From NCBI GenBank assembly GCA_964624795.1, contig CAZUZS010000015.1:2663-66662 (forward strand): DNA of 64,000 nucleotides, given 5' to 3'. The stretch is from an uncultured Calditrichaceae bacterium. GTDB taxonomy: Bacteria; Calditrichota; Calditrichia; RBG-13-44-9. The notes under the pieces are model-generated. The model had not been told where the DNA came from and did no database searches. It worked only from the letters and a program-made list of their open reading frames with translations. Positions 1 to 11,184 of the stretch are shown piece after piece. Every line of letters begins with the position of its first letter. Within the stretch, counting starts at the first letter, position 1. A program made the position numbers and the translations under genes.

Positions 1-1453
1 TATTTCGCGCCTTCTCCGCCAAATCGTTGAGCTCGGCGGCAAGCTCGATGATATTTTTCTTGTCCACATCCCGAACCACCGGCACCAATAAACCTCGGTC
101 GGTGTCCACCGCTACGCCAATATTGTAATATTTCTTATAGATCACCTCGCTGTTTTCCATATCCACGCTGGCATTAAACTGCGGAAATGCCTTTAGCGCT
201 GCACTGATAATTTTCAGCAGCACAGCGGTCACGGTCAATTTGCCGCCGGCTGCTTCCGCCTTCTTGCCATATTGTTTTCGTAATTTCTCCAGCTCCGTGA
301 TGTCCGCCTTATCGTGCTGTGTAACATGAGGGATAGTCGCCCAGGCATAACTGAGGTGTTTGGCGGTTTTTGACCGAACACTGCTCATCGGCTTTCTTTC
401 CACCTCACCCCACTTGCTGAAGTCAGGGAGCGATTCGGCTTCCACACCTTTCAGAATCCCAATTGATGCAGACCTCTGACGATTGATTCGCTTGGAGTGA
501 CTTTTCACATCTTCGATGGAAATCCGGCCGTAAGGCCCGCTTCCGGAAACCTGGTTGATGTCAATTCCAATCTCTCGGGCAAACCGGCGCACAGAAGGCG
601 CAGCGGGCGCTGCCTCTCCGGCTATCTCGGGCTTGCCTATTGTAGCGGAAGACGCTGCTGTAGCCGGTTCTGCCGGTTTCCTTTCCACTGGTTCTTTTCC
701 AGAGCGCGGCGCAGGTTTCTGCCCTTTTTCTTCTTCCTTTGTAGGTTCCCCTCCAGGAGTTTCTCCTTCTGCCTTGGGCGCCGGCTCCTCACCGCCTCCT
801 TCTTCGGTAATCGCCAGCACCAGAACAGATTGGCCGACCTTTGCCGTATCCCCTTCTTTCACCAGGATTTTCTTTACCGTGCCGCTCATCTCCGAAGGGA
901 CTTCCAGCACTGCTTTGTCCGTTTCCAATTCCAGCAGCGCCTGATCCTTTTCTACGGAATCTCCTTTGGAAACAAGGATTTTGGCTACGGTTCCGCTTTC
1001 TATATTCTCACCCAATTCCGGGATAATGAACTCGACTTCCCTGCTTTTTTGCGGTGCGGAGGCATTTTTCTTCTGCAAAGAAGGTTCCGTTTGCTCCTTT
1101 TTCCCAGCTTCTTTTTGCGTTTTGTCACCTTCTTTTGCAGTGATCATCTCTTCAGGTTCTTGCCGGGCTTCCGCTTCGACCTGTTCGGCAGGAGTTTCAT
1201 CTACCGGTTGCGCATCAGAATCCTCAAACATCACAATAGTCTGGCCTACTTTTACTTCGTCACCCTCCGAGACCAGCACATTTTTCACTATACCGCTGGA
1301 ATCCGATGGTACTTCGAGCACTGCTTTATCCGTTTCCAGTTCCACCAACGGCTGTTCTTTTTGGATTTTATCTCCTTCAGAAACCAGAACTTTGGCAACA
1401 GTCCCCGAATCGATATTTTCTCCCAGTTCCGGTAATTTGAATTCCGACGCCAT
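1..1453 (-). CDS. aceF: Dihydrolipoamide acetyltransferase (PDH E2), 3'-truncated by the window edge
   Basis: Minus-strand translation from ATG at 1453 gives two tandem lipoyl domains (ETDKAVLEVPS x2), an E3-binding domain and the start of the catalytic domain. An AAGGA SD lies upstream. The ORF runs off the window start. The plus-strand ORFs 497..1508 are antisense artefacts of this gene. Confidence 0.85.
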   Translation of the reverse strand, partial: MASEFKLPELGENIDSGTVAKVLVSEGDKIQKEQPLVELETDKAVLEVPSDSSGIVKNVLVSEGDEVKVGQTIVMFEDSDAQPVDETPAEQVEAEARQEPEEMITAKEGDKTQKEAGKKEQTEPSLQKKNASAPQKSREVEFIIPELGENIESGTVAKILVSKGDSVEKDQALLELETDKAVLEVPSEMSGTVKKILVKEGDTAKVGQSVLVLAITEEGGGEEPAPKAEGETPGGEPTKEEEKGQKPAPRSGKEPVERKPAEPATAASSATIGKPEIAGEAAPAAPSVRRFAREIGIDINQVSGSGPYGRISIEDVKSHSKRINRQRSASIGILKGVEAESLPDFSKWGEVERKPMSSVRSKTAKHLSYAWATIPHVTQHDKADITELEKLRKQYGKKAEAAGGKLTVTAVLLKIISAALKAFPQFNASVDMENSEVIYKKYYNIGVAVDTDRGLLVPVVRDVDKKNIIELAAELNDLAEKARN

Positions 1454-1567
1454 GATGTTTTCCTTTATCTCAAGAATCCACTTTTCAATAAACTTTTGGG
1501 AATCGTGAATATCTCCCTGACCTGACAAGAAGAAATCAGACCTCAATTCCGCCTGAAATGGCCCTGC

Positions 1568-4252
1568 TCAACTTACTAACGGATCAGCCTTCTCCGGATT
1601 TATATCCAGATCCTTTATCGCTTTCTTCACAATTTCCATTTTGATTTTTCCATCCCGGCCCAGCGCATAAAGCGCTGCCAACGTGATATAGCGTTCATCC
1701 ACTTCAAAAAAATCACGCAGGTGATGCCGGCCGTCGCTCCTGCCAAATCCATCGGTCCCCAGGGAAACCAGCGGCCCGGGAATCCATTTTGAGATCGATT
1801 CGGGAAGCACCTTCAGATAATCCGAGGCAGCGACAAAGACCCCCTCCGCATCTTTAAAAGCCTGGCTGACATAGGGAATCTGCTGTTTTTTATCCGGATG
1901 AAACATATTCCAGCGCTCCACAGTCATCGCATCGCGGTACAATTCTTTGTAGCTGGTAACGCTCCATACAGTAGCGGCAACATCATATTTCTCTTCCAGT
2001 ATTTTTTGCGCTTCCAGAGCCTTGTTGAGTATGGAGCCGTTCCCCAGCAGTTGGGCGTGCACCTTGGCATTCTTCTTACCCGAATTCCTGAATTTGTATA
2101 ATCCCTTGATAATACCATCTTTTATACCCTTGGGCATGGGCGGTTGCGGATAAGGTTCGTTCATGATGGTAATATAGTAAAATCCCGGTTTCTGCTCTTC
2201 ATACATCTCACGAATTCCTTCGCGTATGATAACAGCCAGCTCAAACGCAAACGCCGGATCATACGCCTTCAATGTGGGGTACGGATATGCCAGGGCGTGA
2301 CTGTTCCCATCCTGGTGCTGCAGCCCTTCGCCGGCCAGGGTTGTGCGCCCGGACGTACCGCCGATCATAAAACCGCGGGCCCGCATATCGCCGGCTGCCC
2401 AAACCAGGTCCCCGATCCGCTGCAAACCGAACATGGAGTAGAACACAAAAAACGGGATGGTGTTAACTCCGTGGGTGGAATAGGCGGTTCCGGCGGCAAC
2501 AAATGAAGACATGGAGCCGGCCTCGGTTATTCCCTCTTCCAGTATCTGGCCGTCCTTTGCTTCTTTGTAATAAAGCAGACTCTCTTTATCCACCGGCTCA
2601 TACAACTGGCCCACATGGGAATAAATGCCTATCTCACGGAATAGCGCCTCCATCCCGAAGGTCCTTGCTTCGTCCGGAATTATGGGCACGATCAGCCTGC
2701 CGAACTCTTTGTCCCGCAACAGCTTGGCCAGCAATCTTCCGAAAACCATGGTAGTGGCAACTTCGCGGTCTTCACTGCCACCGTAGAATTCTTTGAAGAG
2801 CTCCTCCGACGGTGTTTTCAGCGGAGCCGATTTCATGCGGCGGGTGGGCATGTAACCGCCCAACTGTTTTCGCCGCTCATGCAGATATTGCATTTCGGGA
2901 GAATCCGGGTCTGGTTTATAGAAAGGTATGGTGTCCACATCCTCATCCGAAATCGGAATGCCGAAACGTGAGCGGAATTCCCGTAGTTCCTGTTCGTTCA
3001 GCTTTTTCTGCTGATGCGTCACGTTCTTGCCTTCCCCGGCTTCTCCCAAGCCGTAGCCTTTCACGGTTCTGGCAAGCACCACCGTGGGAGATCCTTTGTG
3101 TTCCGCTGCCGCCTTGAACGCCGCGTAAACTTTTTCCGGGTCATGGCCGCCAAGTCGCAATTTCTCCAACTGCTCATCGGACAGGTGCTCTACCATCTTC
3201 AACAAGCGAGGGTCCTTTCCGAAGAAATGTTTACGGATATAAGCGCCGCCGCGCACAATGTAGCTCTGGTACTCGCCATCTACCACTTCACCCATTCGCT
3301 GGACAAGAACGCCATCTTTATCGCGCGCCAGCAGATCATCCCAATCGTTTCCCCAGATCACCTTTATGACATTCCACCCCGCACCCCGGAAGACCGTTTC
3401 CAGCTCCTGAATAATTTTGCCGTTGCCGCGAACCGGTCCATCCAGCCGCTGCAGGTTGCAGTTGATCACAAAGATCAGGTTGTCCAGCCGCTCGCGTGCC
3501 GCCAGCGCAATGGCGCCAAGCGCCTCCGGCTCATCTGTTTCGCCGTCGCCCAAAAACGCCCAGATTTTGTCATGTGATGTCTTTTTCAAACCACGATCTT
3601 CCAGGTAACGGTTGAAGCGCGCCTGGTAGATCGCCATAATGGGGCCAAGACCCATGGAGACGGTTGCGAACTGCCAGAAATCCGGCTTCAACCACGGATG
3701 CGGATAGGATGGAAGGCCGCCGCCCGGGTGGACTTCATGGCGATAATTCTTCAATTCCTCCACCGAAATACGGCCTTCCAGGAACGCACGCGCGTAATTT
3801 CCCGGCGAGGCGTGGCCCTGAAAAAACACCTGGTCGCCGCTGAAATCATCCTGCGGGGCGCGGAAAAAGTGATTAAATCCTACCTCATAAAGCGTAGCTA
3901 CCGATGCGTAAGTCGAGATATGGCCTCCGATGCCGCTCTCCACGCGATTCGCCCGAACCACCATCGCCATGGCATTCCAGCGGATGATGCTTTTGATCCG
4001 TCGCTCAATCTCCCGGCTCCCCGGAAAGGTGGGCTGTTCATCCGCAGGTATGGTATTGATATATGGCGTATTAGCAGTAAACGGCAACTTTATGCCTGCC
4101 TCATAACTCCGCATTTGCAGTTCGCGGAGCAACTCTTTCACACGCTCCGGGCCGCCGTGTTGAATGACATAATCCAAGGATTCCAGCCACTCGCGAGTTT
4201 CAATCTGCTCCTCAGTAAGGCCATCATTTTCAAGCAAGGCTCTATCGCTCAT
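1568..4252 (-). CDS. aceE: Pyruvate dehydrogenase E1 component (homodimeric type)
   Basis: 894 aa, typical AceE length and N-terminus. It sits between lpd and aceF. ATG at 4252 has an AAGGGA SD. Confidence 0.95.
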   Translation of the reverse strand: MSDRALLENDGLTEEQIETREWLESLDYVIQHGGPERVKELLRELQMRSYEAGIKLPFTANTPYINTIPADEQPTFPGSREIERRIKSIIRWNAMAMVVRANRVESGIGGHISTYASVATLYEVGFNHFFRAPQDDFSGDQVFFQGHASPGNYARAFLEGRISVEELKNYRHEVHPGGGLPSYPHPWLKPDFWQFATVSMGLGPIMAIYQARFNRYLEDRGLKKTSHDKIWAFLGDGETDEPEALGAIALAARERLDNLIFVINCNLQRLDGPVRGNGKIIQELETVFRGAGWNVIKVIWGNDWDDLLARDKDGVLVQRMGEVVDGEYQSYIVRGGAYIRKHFFGKDPRLLKMVEHLSDEQLEKLRLGGHDPEKVYAAFKAAAEHKGSPTVVLARTVKGYGLGEAGEGKNVTHQQKKLNEQELREFRSRFGIPISDEDVDTIPFYKPDPDSPEMQYLHERRKQLGGYMPTRRMKSAPLKTPSEELFKEFYGGSEDREVATTMVFGRLLAKLLRDKEFGRLIVPIIPDEARTFGMEALFREIGIYSHVGQLYEPVDKESLLYYKEAKDGQILEEGITEAGSMSSFVAAGTAYSTHGVNTIPFFVFYSMFGLQRIGDLVWAAGDMRARGFMIGGTSGRTTLAGEGLQHQDGNSHALAYPYPTLKAYDPAFAFELAVIIREGIREMYEEQKPGFYYITIMNEPYPQPPMPKGIKDGIIKGLYKFRNSGKKNAKVHAQLLGNGSILNKALEAQKILEEKYDVAATVWSVTSYKELYRDAMTVERWNMFHPDKKQQIPYVSQAFKDAEGVFVAASDYLKVLPESISKWIPGPLVSLGTDGFGRSDGRHHLRDFFEVDERYITLAALYALGRDGKIKMEIVKKAIKDLDINPEKADPLVS

Positions 4253-4447
4253 CAGGTATATCCCTTATTTTATATTTGAATTGATAATCTTATTTGATTA
4301 GAATATTCATTGCCAGACTTGTCGAGATAAATCATGAAAACTCTTTTTCCGTTCAGCATTCCGCGTTATTCTTGAAAACAGCAATTTTTTTGACTTTAAG
4401 CGCCGATTGTGAAGAACAGATGAAGCTGGCAACCGGTTTCGCGGTGG

Positions 4448-4482
4448 GGAATTTAAAAGGCCGTGCCGGAAAAAGGAACGGC
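4448..4482 (-). terminator. Intrinsic terminator downstream of lpd
   Basis: Hairpin GGCCGT-13 nt loop-ACGGCC, followed on the minus strand by UUUUAAAUU. It lies ~85 nt after the lpd stop. Confidence 0.45.
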
Positions 4483-4567
4483 CAGTAGAATGAAAATTCA
4501 ATTCAAATCCAGGTCTGCCGCCCACAAATGCACCAACTCCTGTTTCCTGCAGATTCTGCAATTCCCG

Positions 4568-5974
4568 TTAAATATGAATTGCCTCTCCGATCGCATCGCC
4601 GGCCGCTTCCATCACCGCTTCGCTCAGCGTAGGGTGGGCGTGAACAGTCTGCTGCAGCTCGATATTAGTTGTTTCCAGGGTCTTTGCAATTCCCAGTTCC
4701 GCGATCATTTCGGTTGCTTCAGAACCGAGTATGTGGGCGCCAAGTAATTCGCCATATTTGGCATCGAAAATCAGTTTGACCATGCCATCCGTTTCGCCTA
4801 TGGCGCGCGCCTTCCCGCTCGCCCTGAAAGGAAATTTACCAATCTTCAATTCATAACCGGCTTCCCTGGCTTTCTCTTCGGTAAGGCCGATACTGGCGAC
4901 CTGCGGCTGGCAGTAGGTGCAGCCCGGAATATTCTCGTAATTCATTGGATGCGGGTGATTGCCGAGAATATGATCGACTGCGATTATTCCTTCATGGGAC
5001 GCCACATGCGCCAGCCACGGCGCGCCAATCACATCGCCAATGGCGTAAACATTCGAAACATTGGTTTCATAAAACTCATTGACCTTGATAAAGCTTTTTT
5101 CCGGCTGGATCCCAATCTTCCCTAAATCCAGGTCTTCCACATTTCCTTGCACCCCGATAGCAACCAGTGCAAGATCGCCTTCCAGATCGGTAGTCTTGCC
5201 TTTGCTGCTGACGCTCACACGGACACCCGTTTTGCTCTTTTCCAGTTTTTCGACGCGGGAATTGGTGTACAGTTTTATTCCCTGTTTCTTAAACGACCGT
5301 TCCAATTGGGCGGCTATTTCAGCATCCTCAACCGGAAGAATATGGGGCAGCATCTCGATCAGATGAACCTCGGTTCCGAAGGAATTATAAAGATAGGCAT
5401 ATTCAACGCCAATTGCGCCGGCGCCGATAATCAGCATCTTTGCCGGAGGCGCAGCCAGCAGCATGGCCTCTTTGGAGGTGATTATCTTTTTCCTGTCGAA
5501 TTCCACACCGGGAAACGACCGCGGCCGGCCGCCGGTGGCAATAATGATCGTTGCCGCGGAGACTTTTCTGACCTCCTTGCCAGACTTGTCGGTGACTGAT
5601 ACAGTATTCTTGTCCACAAATTTGCCGGAGCCGGCAATGTGCTCAATCTTATTTTTTTTGAACAAATATTCCACGCCCCGCGAATTCTGGTCCGCAACAT
5701 CCCGGCTGCGTTGGATGATCTTTTTAAAATCAAATGAGTAGTCTTTTATCTCAAACCCGAACTCCGCAGCACGCTTGAAATAGTGCATCAGTTCCGCGTT
5801 CTTGAGCAAGGCCTTGGAGGGGATGCAACCCCAGTTAAGGCAGATGCCGCCAAGCGCATCTCTTTCCACAACCGCAGTTTTCATTCCTTTCTGTGCAGCC
5901 CGGATTGCCGCTACATAGCCGCCAGGGCCACCGCCAATTACCAACAGATCATAATCAAACGAATTCGATACCAT
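4568..5974 (-). CDS. lpdA: Dihydrolipoyl dehydrogenase (E3)
   Basis: Contains the FAD-binding GGGPGGYVAA motif and the redox-active CLNWGCIPSK motif. I prefer the second ATG at 5974 because it has a strong GGAAGGTGAGG SD; the track ORF starts at 5989. Confidence 0.9.
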   Translation of the reverse strand: MVSNSFDYDLLVIGGGPGGYVAAIRAAQKGMKTAVVERDALGGICLNWGCIPSKALLKNAELMHYFKRAAEFGFEIKDYSFDFKKIIQRSRDVADQNSRGVEYLFKKNKIEHIAGSGKFVDKNTVSVTDKSGKEVRKVSAATIIIATGGRPRSFPGVEFDRKKIITSKEAMLLAAPPAKMLIIGAGAIGVEYAYLYNSFGTEVHLIEMLPHILPVEDAEIAAQLERSFKKQGIKLYTNSRVEKLEKSKTGVRVSVSSKGKTTDLEGDLALVAIGVQGNVEDLDLGKIGIQPEKSFIKVNEFYETNVSNVYAIGDVIGAPWLAHVASHEGIIAVDHILGNHPHPMNYENIPGCTYCQPQVASIGLTEEKAREAGYELKIGKFPFRASGKARAIGETDGMVKLIFDAKYGELLGAHILGSEATEMIAELGIAKTLETTNIELQQTVHAHPTLSEAVMEAAGDAIGEAIHI

Positions 5975-6014
5975 CCTCACCTTCCTCATATTTATTTTCA
6001 GATCTTCATTTAAA

Positions 6015-6413
6015 TCATAGTGTACTCAGTGGCTGCCTGCCCCTGAAACCGGCATCAATCGGATGCCAGTACCGTATGGTCTCCTCCCCCAACTTGAAGC
6101 ACAGATAGACTTCCTCGCCATTTTTCCGGATGTGTGGGAAATCCACTAGCCCCTCCTGAAGCCCCCTCACCAGGATTCCGGCCTTGTCAAGCACCCGGAG
6201 CATATTAATCAGTCGGGGAATCTCCGGCGGAGCTTCTCCATTTCCATTCGCCCCTATTCCACCAAAATACTTGTGACTATAGATATTGTGGCCGGTAGAA
6301 TCCAAATATTTGGCCAGCCGCGCGATCTCTGAAATCATCGAAGCGTGATGATGCAATGACTCAATTGCTCCGGCAATTGAAAAATGTAATTCATGGAAAT
6401 AGTCATGACTCAT
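6015..6413 (-). CDS. Conserved hypothetical protein (possibly DUF2203-like)
   Basis: 132-aa ORF with a 4-nt overlap (ATGA) with the upstream gene. It ends in the motif [15 protein letters not shown]. The family assignment is uncertain. Confidence 0.55.
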   Translation of the reverse strand: MSHDYFHELHFSIAGAIESLHHHASMISEIARLAKYLDSTGHNIYSHKYFGGIGANGNGEAPPEIPRLINMLRVLDKAGILVRGLQEGLVDFPHIRKNGEEVYLCFKLGEETIRYWHPIDAGFRGRQPLSTL

Positions 6414-7264
6414 TGGTAATACTCTTCAACAAGTTTCAGCAATTTATCGATTTCCGTAATCCTTTGAGGCTCATCCTTGTAGGATGAATAAACCAGGTGA
6501 ATATTTCTCATCATACGGAGAAGAATCTGGTAGTCCGGGCAGCCGCTGAGAATCTCCGACGGATTTGCGGTGTTTGCTTTACCGAGATACGACAAGCACT
6601 CTTCCCGGCTGTAAATTTTGCCGCGGTAAAACGGATCGAAAAAGATTTCATCGGTGCCGTCGTCAAATTTCAGAATGAAATGAGCCGGCAACGGTACCCC
6701 GGCTAACGGTATCTGCAATCGCCTGGAGATAAACATATACAACAGGGACAGTGTAATGGGTATGCCCTTTTTTGTCTCCAGCACGCGGTCCAGAAAACTG
6801 TTGTCCGGGTTGTAATAATCGGTGGTGTTGGCCCGGAAGCCATATTTTTCAAAAATAAAGAGATTAATATGATCGATGAATGCCAATGGATGCCCGGAGA
6901 TAGGCAATTGACTGCCAATCTCCTCCGCCATGGAATCAAGCTGATGGACAATTACCGGAATATCGATTTCGGCATTGTTCCAGTAGGAGATCAATAAAAC
7001 AGATTTTTCAAGATCAATATCTTCCAGGCTGGAATGGAAGAGTTGACGGAAAGCAGCGGTAACAAGATCAAAATGGAGGTCTTGCAGCAGATTATCCAGA
7101 ATCGGGCGGGCCTCTGTCTCAGTCTGAAGTTGGTAAAAAGGACGTTTATGAATGATCTCCAGGCTGTTAGCCAGTATATTTTCCCGCAGGATTTCTTGGA
7201 TTTGCGGACTATTGTCGTCCAGCAGCCGGAGTAGATGCTGAATCTTCATTTCGGTTTGGATCAC
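6410..7264 (-). CDS. Transglutaminase-like SirB1/YchA (UPF0162) family protein
   Basis: The motif [32 protein letters not shown] resembles the SirB1/YchA transglutaminase-like core. GTG start at 7264 with a GAGGGG SD; an alternative ATG lies at 7249. Confidence 0.7.
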   Translation of the reverse strand: MIQTEMKIQHLLRLLDDNSPQIQEILRENILANSLEIIHKRPFYQLQTETEARPILDNLLQDLHFDLVTAAFRQLFHSSLEDIDLEKSVLLISYWNNAEIDIPVIVHQLDSMAEEIGSQLPISGHPLAFIDHINLFIFEKYGFRANTTDYYNPDNSFLDRVLETKKGIPITLSLLYMFISRRLQIPLAGVPLPAHFILKFDDGTDEIFFDPFYRGKIYSREECLSYLGKANTANPSEILSGCPDYQILLRMMRNIHLVYSSYKDEPQRITEIDKLLKLVEEYYQ

Positions 7265-7914
7265 AAAAACCCCTCAGGTTAAACCGATGCCAATTTAACA
7301 AAGAAATCCCCTATTCCCAAATTTTAATTGCGGGTAAGAACTTGCTTAACAACAAGTAAAGTGTTTTTGGAAGGATATTAGACAGTGATGGTATAGGAAA
7401 ATGCATGATTATAAGATTTCACTGGCGGAGGGATAGCCCTGCGATTCTGTCTCGGTCCTGCGGATTCCCAACCTGATTCTCAACCCAAAAGGATTTGCCT
7501 ATGTTGGAATCCATCCGATGCCTCTTCCCTTTCTCCTATCAAAAGAAAAGAAAGGAGAAAAATTCAAACGGAATATTATCACGGATTTTGGGGGGAAATG
7601 GTTTGAAGTTGACTACAAAATACTGCAAACCGGCAAATCTAAAACCGCACGCCGGTGGAAGCTCTTCCCCATCGGCCTTTCACCGCCACACCACCGACAT
7701 TAACAAAACCGGAGAGTTCAAGGAATCCATCCGGCTTTCCCAAACGGAGGTGACAGCCGGCAACGCGCCATGGTTTCGGCAAACAGTGAGATAAATTTTA
7801 AGTGCCGGCCGCCGCTGTTTCCCATCCCGCCGAGCACGGCAAGATGGGATTAACTTCATGTTCGCTTGAAACCGGGTAAAATTAATTGAAATGGCATTTC
7901 ACCCGGCCGCATTG

Positions 7915-9090
7915 CTAATCGATCTGCTTGCGCAGGAAAGTCGGAATATCGAAATCGTCCAACGGTAATTTAGGCTCTTTGTTCTCGTCCTTCTCACCCG
8001 GCTTTTTCATCGAAATTGCTTTGGGAGCGGATAGGGTTTTCTCGTTCTGCCGCCAGAAAGTCGGAACATCCCGGTTTACCTTGCCGCGCGCTGCTTCCAG
8101 CCCGCCTCCGATATTTGCTCCAAACCGGCTTTCCGCGTCGAAGCCGGTGGCAATAACAGTGACAAAAATGGAGTCCTGCAAGCTTTCGTCGATTACGGCG
8201 CCGAAGATGATATTGGCCTTATCCCCTGCTTCCTCATAAATAATAGTGGTCGCTTCGCTGATTTCGTGCAGCGTCATCTGCGGTCCGCCGGTAATATTTA
8301 CCAGAACGCCCTGCGCGCCGCGAATTGAAACGCCTTCCAGCAGCGGGCTGCTTATCGCCTGCTGTGCAGCCTGAACCGCTTTTCCTTCGCCATTTGCGTA
8401 ACCGCTGCCCATGAGTGCGTGTCCCATTTCGGCCATTACGGTCTTAACATCCGCAAAATCCAGGTTGATGAGGCCCGGAATGGCAATCAGATCCGAGATT
8501 CCCTTGGTTGCGTGAAGCAGCACTTCATCCGCAATTTTGAATGCATCCAGCAGCGGCGTGGATTTATCCACCACGGAAAACAGCCGCTGATTGGGAATGA
8601 TGATGAGCGTGTCTACGGTCTTGCGCAGCTCGTCGATTCCCTGTTCGGCGCGCTGATTGCGTTTCATCCCCTCAAACTGGAACGGCTTGGTAACGATGCC
8701 AACTGTGAGTGCGCCCTGGTCTTTGGCAATTTCCGCAACGATAGGAGCAGCGCCGGTACCGGTACCGCCGCCCATTCCCGCCGTCACGAAGACCATGTCG
8801 GCACCCCCTACCGCTTCCATGACATCTTCCTTATCCTCTTCGATGGCACGGCGGCCGATTTCCGGATTGGCGCCTGCTCCCAATCCCTGGGTCAGCTTTT
8901 TACCAATCTGAATTTTGGTCTGGGCTTTGTTCTGCTCCAGCGCCTGTGCGTCGGTGTTAATGGAGATAAAATCCACTCCCTGCAGGTCCGCCTTGACCAT
9001 GGTATTTATGGCGTTCCCACCGGCACCTCCCACTCCAATTACCTTCATTCGAGCCTTCAATTCAAAGCTTTCATCCAGTAAAATGCTCAT
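7915..9090 (-). CDS. ftsZ: Cell division GTPase FtsZ
   Basis: Tubulin signature [21 protein letters not shown]-terminus, C-terminal DIPTFLR peptide. Confidence 0.97.
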   Translation of the reverse strand: MSILLDESFELKARMKVIGVGGAGGNAINTMVKADLQGVDFISINTDAQALEQNKAQTKIQIGKKLTQGLGAGANPEIGRRAIEEDKEDVMEAVGGADMVFVTAGMGGGTGTGAAPIVAEIAKDQGALTVGIVTKPFQFEGMKRNQRAEQGIDELRKTVDTLIIIPNQRLFSVVDKSTPLLDAFKIADEVLLHATKGISDLIAIPGLINLDFADVKTVMAEMGHALMGSGYANGEGKAVQAAQQAISSPLLEGVSIRGAQGVLVNITGGPQMTLHEISEATTIIYEEAGDKANIIFGAVIDESLQDSIFVTVIATGFDAESRFGANIGGGLEAARGKVNRDVPTFWRQNEKTLSAPKAISMKKPGEKDENKEPKLPLDDFDIPTFLRKQID

Positions 9091-9140
9091 AAAACCTCCT
9101 CTGTTAATTAGATTTGAGTTGCACTATATCCTTAAATTTC

Positions 9141-10373
9141 TTAGAAAAATCGTTTAAAGAAACTGCTGATGCTGTCACGTACATCTTCCCACAAATTGTC
9201 GCTTCTTTTGCGATGGAACGAAGATCCTTCATGGTAATCCCTTCCGTAAAGGGTGAGCCCGACGGCAGTTGCGTAAATCGGGCTGCGCACCGATTCGGTC
9301 AATCCGCCCAGGTATTTGGGAACGCCCAGCTTTACCGGCAATCCCCAGATTTTCTCGGCAAGATCTATTGTTCCGGGCAGCAAAGCACCGCCGCCGGTAA
9401 TCACTACCCCGGCCGCCATCAGGTTCATCAAATCTGATTTCTGCATCTCCTGCAGAGTCAAAGATAAAATTTCCTCCATGCGGGGTTGGATAATATCGAT
9501 GAGAACCGAACGCGAAATAACACGCGGCGCCCGACCGCCTACCCCCGGCACGGTGAGTGTTTCGTTTTTCTTGGCCAGCGATGAAAATGTCAAGCCGTGA
9601 TCAATCTTTATGGTCTCCGCCTGCTCCACCGGGGTGCGCAAACCGATAGCAATATCGTTAGTTACATTCTGTCCGCCCAATGCCACCACTGATGTGTGCC
9701 GGATGTGGCCCTCGAAAAACATCGCGATGTCTGTTGTGCCGCCGCCCAGATCTACCAGAACAACCCCCAGCCGGCGCTCATCGTCATCCAGCACCGCCAG
9801 GCTGCTGGCCAGCGGCTCCAGCACAATTTCTTCCACCTGGTAGCCGGCCCGCTCAACGCTCTTTACAATATTTTGGGCGGATGTCACCGCCGCGGTGACG
9901 ACATGTACCTCCACTTCAAGCCTGACACCGGAAAGCCCCACTGGTTCCGGAATCCCGTCCTGATCATCCACGATAAATTCCTGCGGAATTACATGGATGA
10001 TCTCGCGGTCGATGGGAAGTGCCAGCGCCTTAGCCGCGCTGATGGCCCGGTCTACGTCGCTTTGCGTAATTTCGTGATCGTCCCTTGCCACGCCAACCAC
10101 GCCTTTGCTGTTCAGACTGCGGATGTGGTCGCCTGCGATTCCCACGTAAACACTGTCCACCGTCGTCCCAGCCATGCTTTCCGCCTCATGCAGCGCCTGC
10201 TGAATCGACTGAACGGTCTGGTCGATGTTTACCACCACGCCTTTCCGCAGGCCGTAAGACGGCGCGCTTCCTATGCCCACCACATTTAACCGGCCGTCCA
10301 GATCTTCCTTGACGATCACCGCGCATACTTTGGTTGTGCCAATGTCTAATCCTGTTAGAACTCTACTTTCCAT
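9141..10373 (-). CDS. ftsA: Cell division protein FtsA
   Basis: Actin-fold ATPase motifs (GLDIGTTKVCAVI, DLGGGTTD). It lies immediately upstream of ftsZ. Confidence 0.95.
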   Translation of the reverse strand: MESRVLTGLDIGTTKVCAVIVKEDLDGRLNVVGIGSAPSYGLRKGVVVNIDQTVQSIQQALHEAESMAGTTVDSVYVGIAGDHIRSLNSKGVVGVARDDHEITQSDVDRAISAAKALALPIDREIIHVIPQEFIVDDQDGIPEPVGLSGVRLEVEVHVVTAAVTSAQNIVKSVERAGYQVEEIVLEPLASSLAVLDDDERRLGVVLVDLGGGTTDIAMFFEGHIRHTSVVALGGQNVTNDIAIGLRTPVEQAETIKIDHGLTFSSLAKKNETLTVPGVGGRAPRVISRSVLIDIIQPRMEEILSLTLQEMQKSDLMNLMAAGVVITGGGALLPGTIDLAEKIWGLPVKLGVPKYLGGLTESVRSPIYATAVGLTLYGRDYHEGSSFHRKRSDNLWEDVRDSISSFFKRFF

Positions 10374-10383
10374 AAAATCCTGC

Positions 10384-11184
10384 CTAACTTTTCCTGGTAA
10401 CGATGACGCGATCCGAAAATGTCAGATCAATTTTTTTAATTTGATCCAGTTTATTGAGAATCGGCGTGCTGTTTATCAGCTCGCTCAGTTTATAAATTCT
10501 CTCGTACGGCGAACTCTCACCGATTTCCACAATTGCCCCACCGCGAATCAGAAAAAGTGTGGGAGGCGTCCTGGAATCGATATGAACCTCAGAAATATAG
10601 TTGAACAAACCTTCGTCCACTTCATCGATGGTCCGGATCAGTCCCAGCGCCTGGAACAGCGGATCGCGATTTTGGAGCAGCCTGCTAACCGACAAACCGG
10701 TAATGAGCGGCAGATTTTCCAGCGACATCGCCGGCTTTTTCAACAGAATTTTGCCGAAACGGTCGATCATGTAAACCTTGCTGTCGATCAGGTACGCCAC
10801 CGGCGTTCTTTCCTGCACGGTAATGATGAGCGTGGACGGAAGCGAACGGCTGACGCTTACTCCCTGCAGGTAGGGATTTTGCAGAATCCGCTTCACCACC
10901 GAGTCGGTCGGAACCCGGTAAAGCCGCACACCCGCCTCAATTTTGGCCAGGTTCAGAATATCATTTTTCTCAACCCATCGGTTCCCTTCCACCCGAACCT
11001 CTTTCAGTGTGAACATCTGGCTTTTGGTGACCAGGTAGTTCGCAAAGCGGTAAAATCCAAAACCCACGCCAACAAGTATGATTATGGCCAAAATGAATGC
11101 CGGAGATGGAAACGGTGCTTTTTCCCGCGCCGAACGATCCGCCAACCGGTACTGGCGCGTCATTTGTGGTCGCCTGCTATTCAT
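10384..11184 (-). CDS. ftsQ: Cell division protein FtsQ (POTRA domain)
   Basis: Single N-terminal TM segment followed by POTRA-like and FtsQ domains. It sits between murB and ftsA in the dcw cluster. Confidence 0.8.
   Translation of the reverse strand: MNSRRPQMTRQYRLADRSAREKAPFPSPAFILAIIILVGVGFGFYRFANYLVTKSQMFTLKEVRVEGNRWVEKNDILNLAKIEAGVRLYRVPTDSVVKRILQNPYLQGVSVSRSLPSTLIITVQERTPVAYLIDSKVYMIDRFGKILLKKPAMSLENLPLITGLSVSRLLQNRDPLFQALGLIRTIDEVDEGLFNYISEVHIDSRTPPTLFLIRGGAIVEIGESSPYERIYKLSELINSTPILNKLDQIKKIDLTFSDRVIVTRKS

Noticed and set aside
497-1508. Four plus-strand ORFs (312, 129, 61 and 180 aa) in the first 1.5 kb
   Set aside because: They are antisense to the aceF lipoyl-domain repeats. They have low-complexity, repetitive translations and no SD. 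They are artefacts of the GC/codon structure of the E2 linker regions.
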